Source: Candidatus Latescibacterota bacterium
GTDB taxonomy: Bacteria > Latescibacterota > UBA2968
Length of the DNA: 28,622 nt
Direction of reading: 5' to 3'
Assembly (NCBI GenBank): GCA_038279365.1
Contig: JAYODI010000014.1
Location: forward strand, 38,508-67,129
Part shown: piece by piece, positions 8,997 through 18,259 of the stretch
Layout: every line of letters begins with the position of its first letter
How positions within the stretch are numbered: the stretch's first letter is position 1
The notes under the pieces: model-generated
What the model saw: the letters and a program-made list of their open reading frames with translations, nothing else
Told to the model about the DNA's origin: nothing
Database searches by the model: none
Program-made: the position numbers and the translations under genes

Positions 8997-11276
8997 ATGA
9001 ATGCGTTACAAGAAAAACCCCTGTTTGAAATGATGCCCGAGGGCATTCGTCGGAAATTGGGCAATTTGAATGGTGATCAGGTTCACATTCAGGTGGCCAC
9101 CGATCTCAATGCCGACTTACAATATGGTTCGCAATGGGTGGTGGTGACCGATAAACGGGTATGCGTGGTGCCTGAAATGGGCAACAATGGCACCATAACA
9201 ATACCTATCGATGATGTGAAATCTGTAAAGGTTGAAGAGTGCGTTGGCTCTGGCACACTAGAAATAGAAAGAAAAGATGGGCCAACGGTTTTGGTGCCTT
9301 ACTCACGCACCATGATGGAAAAATTTGCAGAAGTTTCTGATGCGATTCGGCAATTGTCGGAAAATGAAGCTTTGGCATTGCCAACGCAGTTGGAAGAAAC
9401 ACATTGTCAATCGTGTGGCAAGCGTTTGCCTGAAAAAGATGGGGTTTGTGCTTCGTGTGTCAAAAAGTGGGAAACGTTTCGGCGCATTGTCAGTTATATG
9501 GCGGCCTATCCTGTCAAAATGGTGATCACTGTTATTTTGACCTTGGTGAGCGCACTGATCAGCCTATTGCCTCCCAAAGTAACCCAATATGTCATTGATG
9601 GTGTTTTGTTACCCAATTATGCCTCGATATCCATTCCTTTTATTGAGACGACAGATCGGGTGGCCCGTTTGGGGTTGTTGATTTTTGGGCTTGCGTTGGT
9701 CAGATTGAGCATTTGGGCCATCGAAATTGCCACGCAGTGGTTGGGGCGGGCCGTGGGGCTGCGCGCAATTGGTGATTTGCGGGAAGATCTTTATCGCGCA
9801 TTTCAACTGCTTCCGGTGCGGTTTTATGACAAGCGCAAAGTTGGTGCATTGACCTCTCGTATGACCAATGACACCGATCGTATGGAAGGCTTAATGGTTT
9901 ACGATTTCTATTTCATTTTTTCCAATGTAATGATGTTTGTGGGCATTTTGGGGTTGTTGTTTTGGACCAGTTGGGAACTCACATTGTGGGTGTTGGCGCC
10001 TATTCCTGTGATTGTTTTGGCGGGTGCTAAAATTTGGTATCGCATTATGGGGTTTTGGACGCGATGGTCGGGCAAATGGTCGCGGTTATATGCACAACTC
10101 AATGAATCTATAAATGGGATTCGGGTGGTCAAAGCATTTGCGCAAGAACAACGTGAAGGGGAGCGGTTTGACTTGCACAATGAAGCCCTTATGCGGGTGA
10201 GCATTGGTGGTGAGCGGTTGTGGTTTTCCTTTTTTACGGTCACCAATTTTATCATGAGTTTTGGTGCATTTTTTGTGTGGTATTTTGGCGGTCGCCAAGT
10301 TTTGGAAGGTGATTTAACGCCTGGTGCTCTGATGGCTTTTTTGAGCTATTTGTGGATGTTGTACCAACCCATGCGCTGGTTTGGCGATTTTTATAGTTTT
10401 GTTTTGCGTGCTTTTGCCAGTGCTCAGCGGGTTTTTGAAGTGGTGGATGGCGATTTGGAACCTTTTGATCGCCCCAATGCCATTCGCAAACCCCACATTG
10501 ATGGTCACTTGAAATTTGAGCATGTTTATTTTGGATACGACCCAGGAAAACCCGTGTTGAAGGGGGTTGATTTGGAAGTGACTGCGGGGGAAATGATTGG
10601 TTTGGTGGGCAAATCGGGGGCTGGGAAATCGACGTTAATAAATATGATTTGTCGATTTTATGACCCCGACAGAGGGCGGGTTTTGGTAGATGGTGTGCCG
10701 ATGAATGATTTGGATTTGCGTGACTTGCGTTCTCAAATTGGCATGGTGCATCAACAACCGTTTTTGTTTGACGGAACGATTGCCGATAACATTGCCTATG
10801 GAAAGCCCGATGCCACCTTTGACGATGTGGTACGTGCGGCAATGGCAGCTGAAGCCCATGAGTTTATTGTGCGTAAACCCGATGGATATGATATGAATGT
10901 GGGAGAGCGTGGCAACCGTTTGTCTGGCGGGGAGAAACAACGCATATCTATTGCGCGCGCCATTTTGCATGATCCGCGGATTTTGATTTTGGATGAGGCC
11001 ACCTCTTCTTTGGATACGCCAACCGAAAAGAAAATCCAGGCGGCCATTGCACGCTTAATTGAAGGGCGAACAACCTTTGCCATTGCCCATCGCTTGTCTA
11101 CCTTGCGCAGTGCAGATCGGTTGGTGGTGATTGATGAAGGTAAAGTGGCAGAAGTAGGTACCCATGAAGAACTCATGGACCGGCAAGGGATTTTTTATCG
11201 TTTGGTCAAAACCCAACAAGAATCCACGGCTGTGGTGGGGGTGGGAGCTATCGAGGGCGATGCCTCCGAAGAATGA
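8997..11276 (+). CDS. ABC exporter, fused permease/ATP-binding, with N-terminal extra domain and Cys4 zinc ribbon (DUF1854-associated type)
   Basis: GKSGAGKS, LSGGEKQ, ILILDEATS, AHRLS; about six hydrophobic segments; CQSC...CASC precedes TM1; collinear paralog of the upstream gene. Confidence 0.9.
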   Translation: MNALQEKPLFEMMPEGIRRKLGNLNGDQVHIQVATDLNADLQYGSQWVVVTDKRVCVVPEMGNNGTITIPIDDVKSVKVEECVGSGTLEIERKDGPTVLVPYSRTMMEKFAEVSDAIRQLSENEALALPTQLEETHCQSCGKRLPEKDGVCASCVKKWETFRRIVSYMAAYPVKMVITVILTLVSALISLLPPKVTQYVIDGVLLPNYASISIPFIETTDRVARLGLLIFGLALVRLSIWAIEIATQWLGRAVGLRAIGDLREDLYRAFQLLPVRFYDKRKVGALTSRMTNDTDRMEGLMVYDFYFIFSNVMMFVGILGLLFWTSWELTLWVLAPIPVIVLAGAKIWYRIMGFWTRWSGKWSRLYAQLNESINGIRVVKAFAQEQREGERFDLHNEALMRVSIGGERLWFSFFTVTNFIMSFGAFFVWYFGGRQVLEGDLTPGALMAFLSYLWMLYQPMRWFGDFYSFVLRAFASAQRVFEVVDGDLEPFDRPNAIRKPHIDGHLKFEHVYFGYDPGKPVLKGVDLEVTAGEMIGLVGKSGAGKSTLINMICRFYDPDRGRVLVDGVPMNDLDLRDLRSQIGMVHQQPFLFDGTIADNIAYGKPDATFDDVVRAAMAAEAHEFIVRKPDGYDMNVGERGNRLSGGEKQRISIARAILHDPRILILDEATSSLDTPTEKKIQAAIARLIEGRTTFAIAHRLSTLRSADRLVVIDEGKVAEVGTHEELMDRQGIFYRLVKTQQESTAVVGVGAIEGDASEE

Positions 11277-11352
11277 TGGGTTGGCACATTTTTATAAAAG
11301 TATTATTGTTGATAAAACATTTTGATGATTGGCCTTTGATTTGGAGTGACTG

Positions 11353-11919
11353 ATGACAACTGAAATATTGTCTGTTGAAAAGTTAGAAAAAAAGAAAGAA
11401 GACGCGTGGAAACCCACGCCCATAGAAACGATTCACCCCAAGGGCGTAGATCCCGCCACCATTCGTTTGTTTAAACAACCAGAGTGGATTTTACGGCTGA
11501 CTATAGAAGGTGATCGGTCCTATTTGCGCGTTAAGGTGGTGCGTGCAGCGCCCTTAACACAACCCGATCGTTATTTTTGCATTTTGGATATGAAAGACGA
11601 AGCGATTTGCATGATTGAAGACTTGGCACAATTGGAAGAGGCCAGTCATCCATTTGTGTTTGAAGAATTGGACAGACGGTATTTAACGGCAGAAATAAAG
11701 CGAATCGTGTCTTTGCAAAATGAATATGGTGTGTCGTATTGGGAAGTGGAGACGGATCGGGGAAACCGTGAGTTTGTTGCCAAGTCGGTGGCTGAAAATG
11801 CCCAATGGTTGGGTGAATCGCGCCTGATGATTTTTGATGTGGATGGCAATCGTTTTGAAGTGGTTGATAAGAACAAGTTGGACAAACGCAGCCAAGCGTT
11901 TTTGGATTCGGTTTTATAA
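11353..11919 (+). CDS. DUF1854 domain-containing protein
   Basis: Motifs VVRAAPLTQPDRY, EELDRRY, WEVETDRGNREF and DVDGNRF match my recollection of DUF1854. It lies directly after ABC exporters, as is typical. RBS GGAG upstream. Confidence 0.75.
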   Translation: MTTEILSVEKLEKKKEDAWKPTPIETIHPKGVDPATIRLFKQPEWILRLTIEGDRSYLRVKVVRAAPLTQPDRYFCILDMKDEAICMIEDLAQLEEASHPFVFEELDRRYLTAEIKRIVSLQNEYGVSYWEVETDRGNREFVAKSVAENAQWLGESRLMIFDVDGNRFEVVDKNKLDKRSQAFLDSVL

Positions 11920-11950
11920 CATTAGGTTGAGATGATGGGCAGGTTTGTTC

Positions 11951-11983
11951 GCACGGAGATCATTGGGGTCTCCGTGCTTTTTT
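11951..11983 (+). terminator. Intrinsic terminator after ABC/DUF1854 operon
   Basis: GCACGGAGATC / GGTCTCCGTGC hairpin followed by TTTTTT. Confidence 0.8.
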
Positions 11984-12074
11984 GTTGGAGGCGTTGAACA
12001 CTATGCCTACCTTTGAAACGATTTAGATGAATAAAAGGTCTTATTAGCAAAATGTTTTGTTATGGGAGGTATGT

Positions 12075-13838
12075 ATGAGAAAAAGAATTGGCAAGATTTT
12101 GGCGTGGATAGGTGGCATTGTGGTTGTTGCTGGAGGCACGGTTGCTATTTTTGCAATGATTGCGGCCCTCAAAGATGATGATTCTGTGCCGGATCAAGTG
12201 ATTTTGACAGTCAATTTTGAAAAACAGGTCGTTGAATATGTACCCGATAACCCCATTGCCAAACTGATGAATGAAGATGTGCAATCGCTTCGTGGCATGA
12301 TTGGCGCATTAGACAAAGCCCGTACAGACGAACGCGTGGTGGGTTTGTTGGCTCGTGTCGGTGATGCGCCTATGGGATTTGCCCAAATTCAAGAAATTCG
12401 CGATGCTGTTTTGGCTTTTCGCAAAAGTGGCAAACCTGCTATCGCTTATGCCGAAACTTTTGGCGAAGTGGGGGCGGGCAATGGCGGGTATTATTTGGCA
12501 TCGGCATTTGAAACGATCTATTTACAGCCTTCGGGAGATGTGGGCCTCACGGGTTTTAGAGCTGAGCATCCCTTTGTGAAAGGATTGCTCGATTCATTGG
12601 ACATTGTGCCGCGTATGGCGCATCGTTATGAATATAAAAATGCAATGAATTTGTTTACGGAAGATCATTTTACCGATGCGCACCGGGAAGCGACAGAAGC
12701 GGTGCTTGGATCTATGTTTGAACAAGTGGTAAACGATTTGTCTGTCTCACTGGGTAAAACACCTGATGAAGTAAAAAAGATGATTGATCAAGGCCCCATT
12801 TTGGGTACCGATGCTGTGGCTTTGGGGTTGGTGAGCGATTTGGCATATCGGGATGAGGTGTATGAACGCGTGGAAGCGCGGTTTGGAACCGATCCCAAAT
12901 ATTTGACATTGGAAAAGTATGGCAAACGAGCAGGGTCTACTTTTGACAAAGGTACTGAAGTGGCATTGGTATATGGTGTGGGGCAAGTTACGCGGGGTAA
13001 AAGCGATTACAACCCCACGTCTGGCTCGGGTAATATGGGCTCAGACACGGTTGCAAAGGCCATTCGAGATGCTGTAAAAGACAAAGATATTAAGGCCATC
13101 GTGTTTCGCATTGACAGCCCTGGTGGCTCTTATGTGGCATCCGATGCCATTTGGCGCGAAGTTGAAAAGGCCAAAAAGGCGGGTAAACCCGTGATTGCCA
13201 CCATGGGAAATGTGGCAGGTTCCGGTGGGTATTTTGTGGCAATGGGTGCCGATAAAATTGTGGCCCAACCTGGCACCATTACGGGATCGATAGGGGTTTT
13301 GGCGGGCAAGATGTTGACCGAAGGGTTTTGGAAAAAATTGGGTGTGACCTGGGATTATGCCCACGTGGGTGAAAATGCGATGTTTTGGAGCACTGGACAA
13401 GATTTCACGCCTGGGCAATGGGCACAGTTTGAGGCGTGGTTGGATCGTGTCTATGTAGACTTTACGCAAAAAGCAGCCGATGGACGTGGGATGTCGCGTG
13501 AAGACATACATGCCGTGGCAAAAGGACGTATTTGGACGGGGGTAGACGCCAAAGCACGCGGGTTGGTGGATGAGTTGGGTGGTTTTCAAGTGGCTCTAAA
13601 TTTGACCCGTCAGGCTTTGAATTTGGAAGAAGATGCGCCGATTCATTTGCGCGTTTTTCCAAAGGAGAAAACATTGGTTGAACTCATTCTTGAAAAAGGT
13701 GTGATTCGCACGTTTGGGCAGGCCGATGTGCTGGCCAGCTTGATGCAGGATTTGCGGCCTATTTTTCAATTTGCGAAAACTGTGGGCGTCACCCAAAAAC
13801 CGGGCGTGGTGGAAATGCCAAGTATGATGATAGAATAA
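12075..13838 (+). CDS. sppA: Signal peptide peptidase SppA (protease IV, long two-domain S49 type)
   Basis: N-terminal TM anchor; YKNA (catalytic Lys region), RIDSPGGS, GSGGYFVA (catalytic Ser region), TITGSIGV, GRIWTG, GLVDELGG. RBS GGAGG supports ATG 12075. Confidence 0.92.
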   Translation: MRKRIGKILAWIGGIVVVAGGTVAIFAMIAALKDDDSVPDQVILTVNFEKQVVEYVPDNPIAKLMNEDVQSLRGMIGALDKARTDERVVGLLARVGDAPMGFAQIQEIRDAVLAFRKSGKPAIAYAETFGEVGAGNGGYYLASAFETIYLQPSGDVGLTGFRAEHPFVKGLLDSLDIVPRMAHRYEYKNAMNLFTEDHFTDAHREATEAVLGSMFEQVVNDLSVSLGKTPDEVKKMIDQGPILGTDAVALGLVSDLAYRDEVYERVEARFGTDPKYLTLEKYGKRAGSTFDKGTEVALVYGVGQVTRGKSDYNPTSGSGNMGSDTVAKAIRDAVKDKDIKAIVFRIDSPGGSYVASDAIWREVEKAKKAGKPVIATMGNVAGSGGYFVAMGADKIVAQPGTITGSIGVLAGKMLTEGFWKKLGVTWDYAHVGENAMFWSTGQDFTPGQWAQFEAWLDRVYVDFTQKAADGRGMSREDIHAVAKGRIWTGVDAKARGLVDELGGFQVALNLTRQALNLEEDAPIHLRVFPKEKTLVELILEKGVIRTFGQADVLASLMQDLRPIFQFAKTVGVTQKPGVVEMPSMMIE

Positions 13839-13897
13839 CTTTCAAAAATAGGTGGGGTTTCGGTTTTACAGTTGCCCAAAAAGGAATGTGGAACCAT

Positions 13898-13942
13898 AAA
13901 AACGGCCGAAAGTCCTAATACACTGGACTTTCGGCTGTTTTT
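13898..13942. terminator. Intrinsic terminator (potentially bidirectional) after sppA
   Basis: AAAAACGGCCGAAAGTCC, 9-nt loop, GGACTTTCGGCTGTTTTT. Confidence 0.75.
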
Positions 13943-13952
13943 GGTTTAATTT

Positions 13953-13979
13953 TTAGCACTCTCCTTGGTACACTGCTAA
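13953..13979. promoter_or_regulatory. CIRCE-like inverted repeat (putative HrcA operator)
   Basis: TTAGCACTC-tccttggta-CACTGCTAA versus consensus TTAGCACTC-N9-GAGTGCTAA: left arm 9/9, right arm 7/9, exact 9-nt spacer, intergenic. Confidence 0.75.
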
Positions 13980-14075
13980 AAAATGCTTGTCAAGAGTGTA
14001 TAAACTTGTTTAATTAATAGGCCTTAGGGTGTATTTTTAGAAACCATTTTAACCCATAAAGGAGGTTTGATCCGT

Positions 14076-15020
14076 ATGATCCGGGTAGAAAATCTGGTGA
14101 AATACTACGGCGACTTCCAAGCCCTCAAAGGGATCGATTTGCAGATCCAGGATGGCGAGATTGTGGGATTTCTCGGTGCCAATGGCGCGGGAAAATCGAC
14201 CACACTCAAGATCATGACGGGCTTTTTGGCGCCAACATCGGGCAGTGTGTTTTTGGATGATATGAATATCCAAGAACACTCGCTTGAAATAAGGAAACAA
14301 ATCGGGTATTTGCCCGAATTGAATCCGCTTTATGGAGAAATGAAGGTATTTGATTATTTGGAATTCATATCCCAAATACGAGAAATGGATGCCAATTCGT
14401 TTACGCGATCTTTGGGGCGTGTGGTTGAGCAATGTGGTTTGGGAAGTGTGATTCATCGGCCCATTTCGGAATGTTCTAAGGGTTATAAACAGCGTGTTGG
14501 GTTGGCCGCAGCGATTTTGCACGACCCCAAGGTGCTTGTTTTGGATGAACCCGTTTCGGGCTTGGACCCCAATCAAATTGTGGACATTCGCAACTTGATC
14601 AAAGAACTGGGCAAAGAAAAAATGGTGATTATGTCGAGCCATATATTGCAAGAAATTGCGGCAACGGTGGATCGCATTGTAATTATCAATCGGGGCCAAA
14701 TTGTGGCCAATGGCACCAGTCAAGAATTGATGTCGAGTTTGCGTGGGCAAACCCAATTGACTTTGGAAGTGAAAAACGCAACAGATGAGATCGTGGCCAA
14801 TATTGCCAATCAAGTAGGGGGCATCGAATTGGTCAATACAGACGCCACGGATGGTTTGCATGTTCTGTCGATTGCGTATGAACGGGGTACCGACCCGCGC
14901 GAAGAAATTTTCAATTATGCCAAAAACAGTGGGTGGACCATTTTGGAAATGAGTCAAACGCGTGTGCAGTTGGAAGATGTGTTCCGCACGCTGACAGCGG
15001 AAGGAGGCGGTCGTGCATAA
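14076..15020 (+). CDS. ABC transporter ATP-binding protein, GldA-like
   Basis: GANGAGKST, GYLPE, signature variant CSKGYKQRVGLA, LDEPVSGLDPNQ, SSHILQE. RBS AAGGAGG 10 nt before ATG 14076. Confidence 0.88.
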   Translation: MIRVENLVKYYGDFQALKGIDLQIQDGEIVGFLGANGAGKSTTLKIMTGFLAPTSGSVFLDDMNIQEHSLEIRKQIGYLPELNPLYGEMKVFDYLEFISQIREMDANSFTRSLGRVVEQCGLGSVIHRPISECSKGYKQRVGLAAAILHDPKVLVLDEPVSGLDPNQIVDIRNLIKELGKEKMVIMSSHILQEIAATVDRIVIINRGQIVANGTSQELMSSLRGQTQLTLEVKNATDEIVANIANQVGGIELVNTDATDGLHVLSIAYERGTDPREEIFNYAKNSGWTILEMSQTRVQLEDVFRTLTAEGGGRA

Positions 15021-15726
15021 TATTCTCGCTATTTTTCGCAAAGAAGTCAGCGCCTCGTTTAAAAGCCCAATGGCCTATGTGTTTTTGGTCTTTTTTGCAT
15101 TGTTTAATGGTTACTTTTTTACCAATACTTTTTTCTTATTTAACCAGTCGGATATGCGCGCGTTGTTTAATATTGTTCCGATGGTCTATTTGTTTTTTGT
15201 GCCTGTGGTAACTATGAGTTTGATTGCGCGTGAAAACAATTTGGGCACATCAGAAGTATTGGCCACGTTGCCCATTCAAGATTATGAGCTGGTGGTGGGC
15301 AAATACTTGTCTGCATTGGTGCTTGTTTTTGCGGGTTTGGCTTTTACTTTGGTACATGTCTTAACCTTGCTTTCTGTGGGTACCAATATTGATTATGGCA
15401 CGGTCATTTGTGGGTATATTGGCCTTGCTTTGGTGGGTGGGTTTTATGCGGCTTTGGGCACATTTTCGAGCAGTTTGACTGATAATCAGGTGGTGGCCTT
15501 TATTATTGCGGCCGTTTTTGTGTTGGTGTTTTATTTGTTAGACAAATTGCTTCTTTTTATGCCCACATCGCTAACTGGGGCCATTCAGTTTATGGCCGTT
15601 GATTATCACCTGTCGAATATGCGGCGTGGCGTGATTGATTCGCGTAATTTGGTGTATTTTGGTTCCCTCATTTGGTTGTTTTTGGCAATGACCGTTCGTG
15701 TTGTTGAAATGCGGAAGTGGAGGTAA
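15013..15726 (+). CDS. ABC-2 type permease, GldF-like
   Basis: AIFRKE...FKSPMAY, ARENNLGTSEVLATLP, VVGKY, SSLTDNQVVAFI, RGVIDSRNLVYF. GTG start overlaps the upstream stop and has an AAGGAGG RBS. Confidence 0.85.
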   Translation: MHNILAIFRKEVSASFKSPMAYVFLVFFALFNGYFFTNTFFLFNQSDMRALFNIVPMVYLFFVPVVTMSLIARENNLGTSEVLATLPIQDYELVVGKYLSALVLVFAGLAFTLVHVLTLLSVGTNIDYGTVICGYIGLALVGGFYAALGTFSSSLTDNQVVAFIIAAVFVLVFYLLDKLLLFMPTSLTGAIQFMAVDYHLSNMRRGVIDSRNLVYFGSLIWLFLAMTVRVVEMRKWR

Positions 15727-15729
15727 ACA

Positions 15730-17238
15730 ATGGCAGCGATTAATAGCAAAAAGTCTTTTTTGACTTATATCGTGGCGGCCATTGTGTTGGTGGTGTTGGC
15801 CAACGTGGTGTCACGAAACTTTTTCTTTCGGTTGGATTTAACCGAAAACAAGATCTATTCGCTTTCCCCTTCAAGCAAAGGGGTGATTGCAAAAATTGAT
15901 GATCTGTTAACGGCCAAGGTGTATTTCTCCGAAAATTTGCCAGGGCAATATGGCAATACCCAACGGTATTTGCAGGATATTTTGGAAGAATATGCGGCTT
16001 ATTCGGGGGGTAACTTCCGATTTGAGTTTTATCAACCCGATGATGACGAACAGTTGGCCCTTGAGGCTCAAAAGTCGGGCATTCAACCTGTGCAGTTGCA
16101 GGTGATTGAAAACGACAAAATGGAAGTCAAACGCGTGTATATGGGGTTGGTGTTGTTGTATGGTGACACACGCGAAGTGTTGCCCGTGATTCAGACCACC
16201 ACGGGGTTGGAATATGAGATTACGACCAAGGTGAAGAAATTGGTCGATAGCAACCGACCTGTGGTGGGGTTGGTAGCTTTGTCGGGGCAAAACCCGAAGA
16301 TCGAGCGCTTGAGTGGGCAACTGCGTGAGGCCTATGATGTGCGCGAAGTGGTTTTGGGGGGTGGTGTGCCTGATGAGGTGAACTTGCTGGTTATAACAGG
16401 TGTTGAAGACAGCCTCTCAGGCCCAGAAATGGCATCGTTGAATGGATTTATCAACCGTGGTGGCAATTTGTTTGTGACCCAAGGACGCATTCGTGGCGAT
16501 TTGCAATCTCAAATGGGCCAGCCCATCAAAACCAATATTTTTGAGGTGTTGGATCGCTATGGTGTGACGGTGGCCGAAAATTTGGTGATGGATCAAAAAA
16601 GCGGCACCATTACGGTGTCGCAGCAGCGTGGTTTTTTGCGGTTTAACTCGCAAGTACAATATCCATTCTTCCCGCAAATTCAGTCGTTTCCAGACCACGA
16701 TATTGTGAGTGGTTTGGAGCAGGTGCATTTGTTGTTTTCGAGTGAAATCACATTTGATACGGCCGATTCGACAGCCCATGTCACGCCTTTGTTGGTGACA
16801 TCGGATCATTCGGCAACCATGTCGGGTTATATCAATTTGAACCCGATTCAAAACAAATCTTTTGAAGGGCTGAATGAACCGGGCAAAGTGGTGGGTGTCT
16901 ATGCCACGACAGAGTCAGACAGCTTGCCTGGTACGATCAGTCAGATGGTGTTTGTTGCAAACAGTGAGTTTTTGGTGGATGATGGCGGTGGGCAAATTGC
17001 AGAAAACAGCATTTTTGTGCTCAATGCTGTAGATGTGTTGATTGGCGACAAAGATTTGGTGGGGTTGCGCTCGCGTGAAATTACAGCGCGTCCGTTGTTG
17101 CCAGTAGAAGAGGCCAGCAAAACCACGTGGAAAACCCTCAATATTTTGTTGCCAGCCTTACTCGTTATTCTTTTGGGGGTGATTCAGTGGCGTTTAGAAG
17201 TGGCACGCACCAAACGATTGGAGGAACTTTATGGGTAA
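15730..17238 (+). CDS. GldG-like ABC transporter auxiliary component
   Basis: N-terminal TM, RLDLTENKIYSLS, DILEEY, LEYEIT, FINRGGNL, NSIFVLNAVDVL, and a C-terminal TM. Confidence 0.85.
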   Translation: MAAINSKKSFLTYIVAAIVLVVLANVVSRNFFFRLDLTENKIYSLSPSSKGVIAKIDDLLTAKVYFSENLPGQYGNTQRYLQDILEEYAAYSGGNFRFEFYQPDDDEQLALEAQKSGIQPVQLQVIENDKMEVKRVYMGLVLLYGDTREVLPVIQTTTGLEYEITTKVKKLVDSNRPVVGLVALSGQNPKIERLSGQLREAYDVREVVLGGGVPDEVNLLVITGVEDSLSGPEMASLNGFINRGGNLFVTQGRIRGDLQSQMGQPIKTNIFEVLDRYGVTVAENLVMDQKSGTITVSQQRGFLRFNSQVQYPFFPQIQSFPDHDIVSGLEQVHLLFSSEITFDTADSTAHVTPLLVTSDHSATMSGYINLNPIQNKSFEGLNEPGKVVGVYATTESDSLPGTISQMVFVANSEFLVDDGGGQIAENSIFVLNAVDVLIGDKDLVGLRSREITARPLLPVEEASKTTWKTLNILLPALLVILLGVIQWRLEVARTKRLEELYG

Positions 17239-17797
17239 TTTAAAGTGGCTCATGATCGGAGTGTTGGTGTTGTTGGGGGCGTATTTTTTAATGCAATCTC
17301 AGCAAAGTGGATACACCACCCAAACAGACCGTGTGTTTCCCGATAAGGTTGATGGTGTTTCAAAATTGGTGTTTGAAAAAAATGGCGAAACCTTGACGCT
17401 CATCAAACAAGACACCACATGGTCTATTGTGGGGAACGATACCTTGGTGGTCAAGGCTGACCGAATCAAATCATTTTTTGATCAAGCCTTTGGTGTGGAA
17501 CGCGAAACGTTGATGACCCAAAAGGCCGATAATTGGTCTAAATATTCGGTGGATGATGCTTTGGGGGCGCACGTAAAGGTGTATGGGGCTTCGGATAAAT
17601 TGTTGACCCACGCCGTTTTTGGCCAATCTACATCTGATTGGTCGCGCAATTATGTGCGTGTGGGTGATGGCCCCGAAGTGTTTTTGACCAACATAAGCGT
17701 GCTTCATCAGTTAAACACATTGCCCACTTATTGGGGGCAGAAACCACCTCCACCCACACCTGTCGTTCTGGATTCGATAGGTGTGGAAGGGGAATAG
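17231..17797 (+). CDS. DUF4340-like membrane-anchored protein
   Basis: N-terminal anchor, LIKQDTTWSI and NYVRVGDGPEVFL motifs; overlaps the GldG-like gene, the usual position of DUF4340 in such operons. Confidence 0.6.
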   Translation: MGNLKWLMIGVLVLLGAYFLMQSQQSGYTTQTDRVFPDKVDGVSKLVFEKNGETLTLIKQDTTWSIVGNDTLVVKADRIKSFFDQAFGVERETLMTQKADNWSKYSVDDALGAHVKVYGASDKLLTHAVFGQSTSDWSRNYVRVGDGPEVFLTNISVLHQLNTLPTYWGQKPPPPTPVVLDSIGVEGE

Positions 17798-17825
17798 GTT
17801 GAAAATCGGTTTGTGAAACATGTAT

Positions 17826-17862
17826 ACCCCCCGCAAGGTTGTAACTTGCGGGGGGTTTTTTT
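17826..17862 (+). terminator. Intrinsic terminator after the Gld-like operon
   Basis: ACCCCCCGCAAG / CTTGCGGGGGGT hairpin followed by a T run. Confidence 0.85.
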
Positions 17863-18007
17863 ATCAATGGATGCGTGTTGAATAATGGCGTATTTTTCTA
17901 TTTGCGTTAAGAATGGTTGCTCATTTGCGCCATTTGGGGCAGAATGCCTGGGATTAATAAAAAAAATATCTGAGATATAATTGAAATAGTTGGTTTTGGT
18001 TTTTTTG

Positions 18008-18020
18008 TAAGATATTGTTT
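18008..18020. promoter_or_regulatory. Possible IHF binding site
   Basis: TAAGATATTGTTT; reverse complement AAACAATATCTTA matches WATCAANNNNTTR with one mismatch; AT-rich DNA about 45 nt upstream of the sigma54-like motif. Confidence 0.35.
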
Positions 18021-18061
18021 ATAAAGTGTTTGTGTTGGAATTTTGAAAGTTTTAAAGGGTG

Positions 18062-18078
18062 CTGGCATTCCAGTTGCA
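18062..18078 (+). promoter_or_regulatory. Sigma54 (RpoN) -24/-12 promoter candidate for the giant gene
   Basis: CTGGCATTCCAGTTGCA versus YTGGCACGNNNNTTGCW, with exact GG-N10-GC spacing. Confidence 0.6.
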
Positions 18079-18259
18079 TAATAATTAATTATTTTTTGTG
18101 TTTGCCGTCACATGTCTTTTGCAGTTCTGTGTGTATAATAATATATTGTAGTATTCGGTTTTAACCTTCCGATTCCCTCCCCTAATGTTTTCCCAATACA
18201 AGGGTGCGTGATGGTAGCGCATTTCGTTTTTACATTCACAGTCATTTCGGGGTTCTGTG

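Noticed and set aside
2625-11276. Lasso peptide cluster (Asn-synthetase-like cyclase plus ABC exporters)
   Set aside because: No precursor peptide, RRE/B1 or transglutaminase-like B2 gene seen; the genes are divergent and separated by unrelated genes.
11281-11297. Sigma54 motif TTGGCAC upstream of the DUF1854 gene
   Set aside because: No TTGC -12 element at the required spacing.
14049-15041. 330 aa minus-strand ORF
   Set aside because: Antisense shadow of the GldA-like ATPase with no recognisable motifs.
14076-17797. Gliding motility locus
   Set aside because: Only GldA/F/G-like ABC components are present; these occur widely in non-gliding bacteria and no motor genes are in the window.
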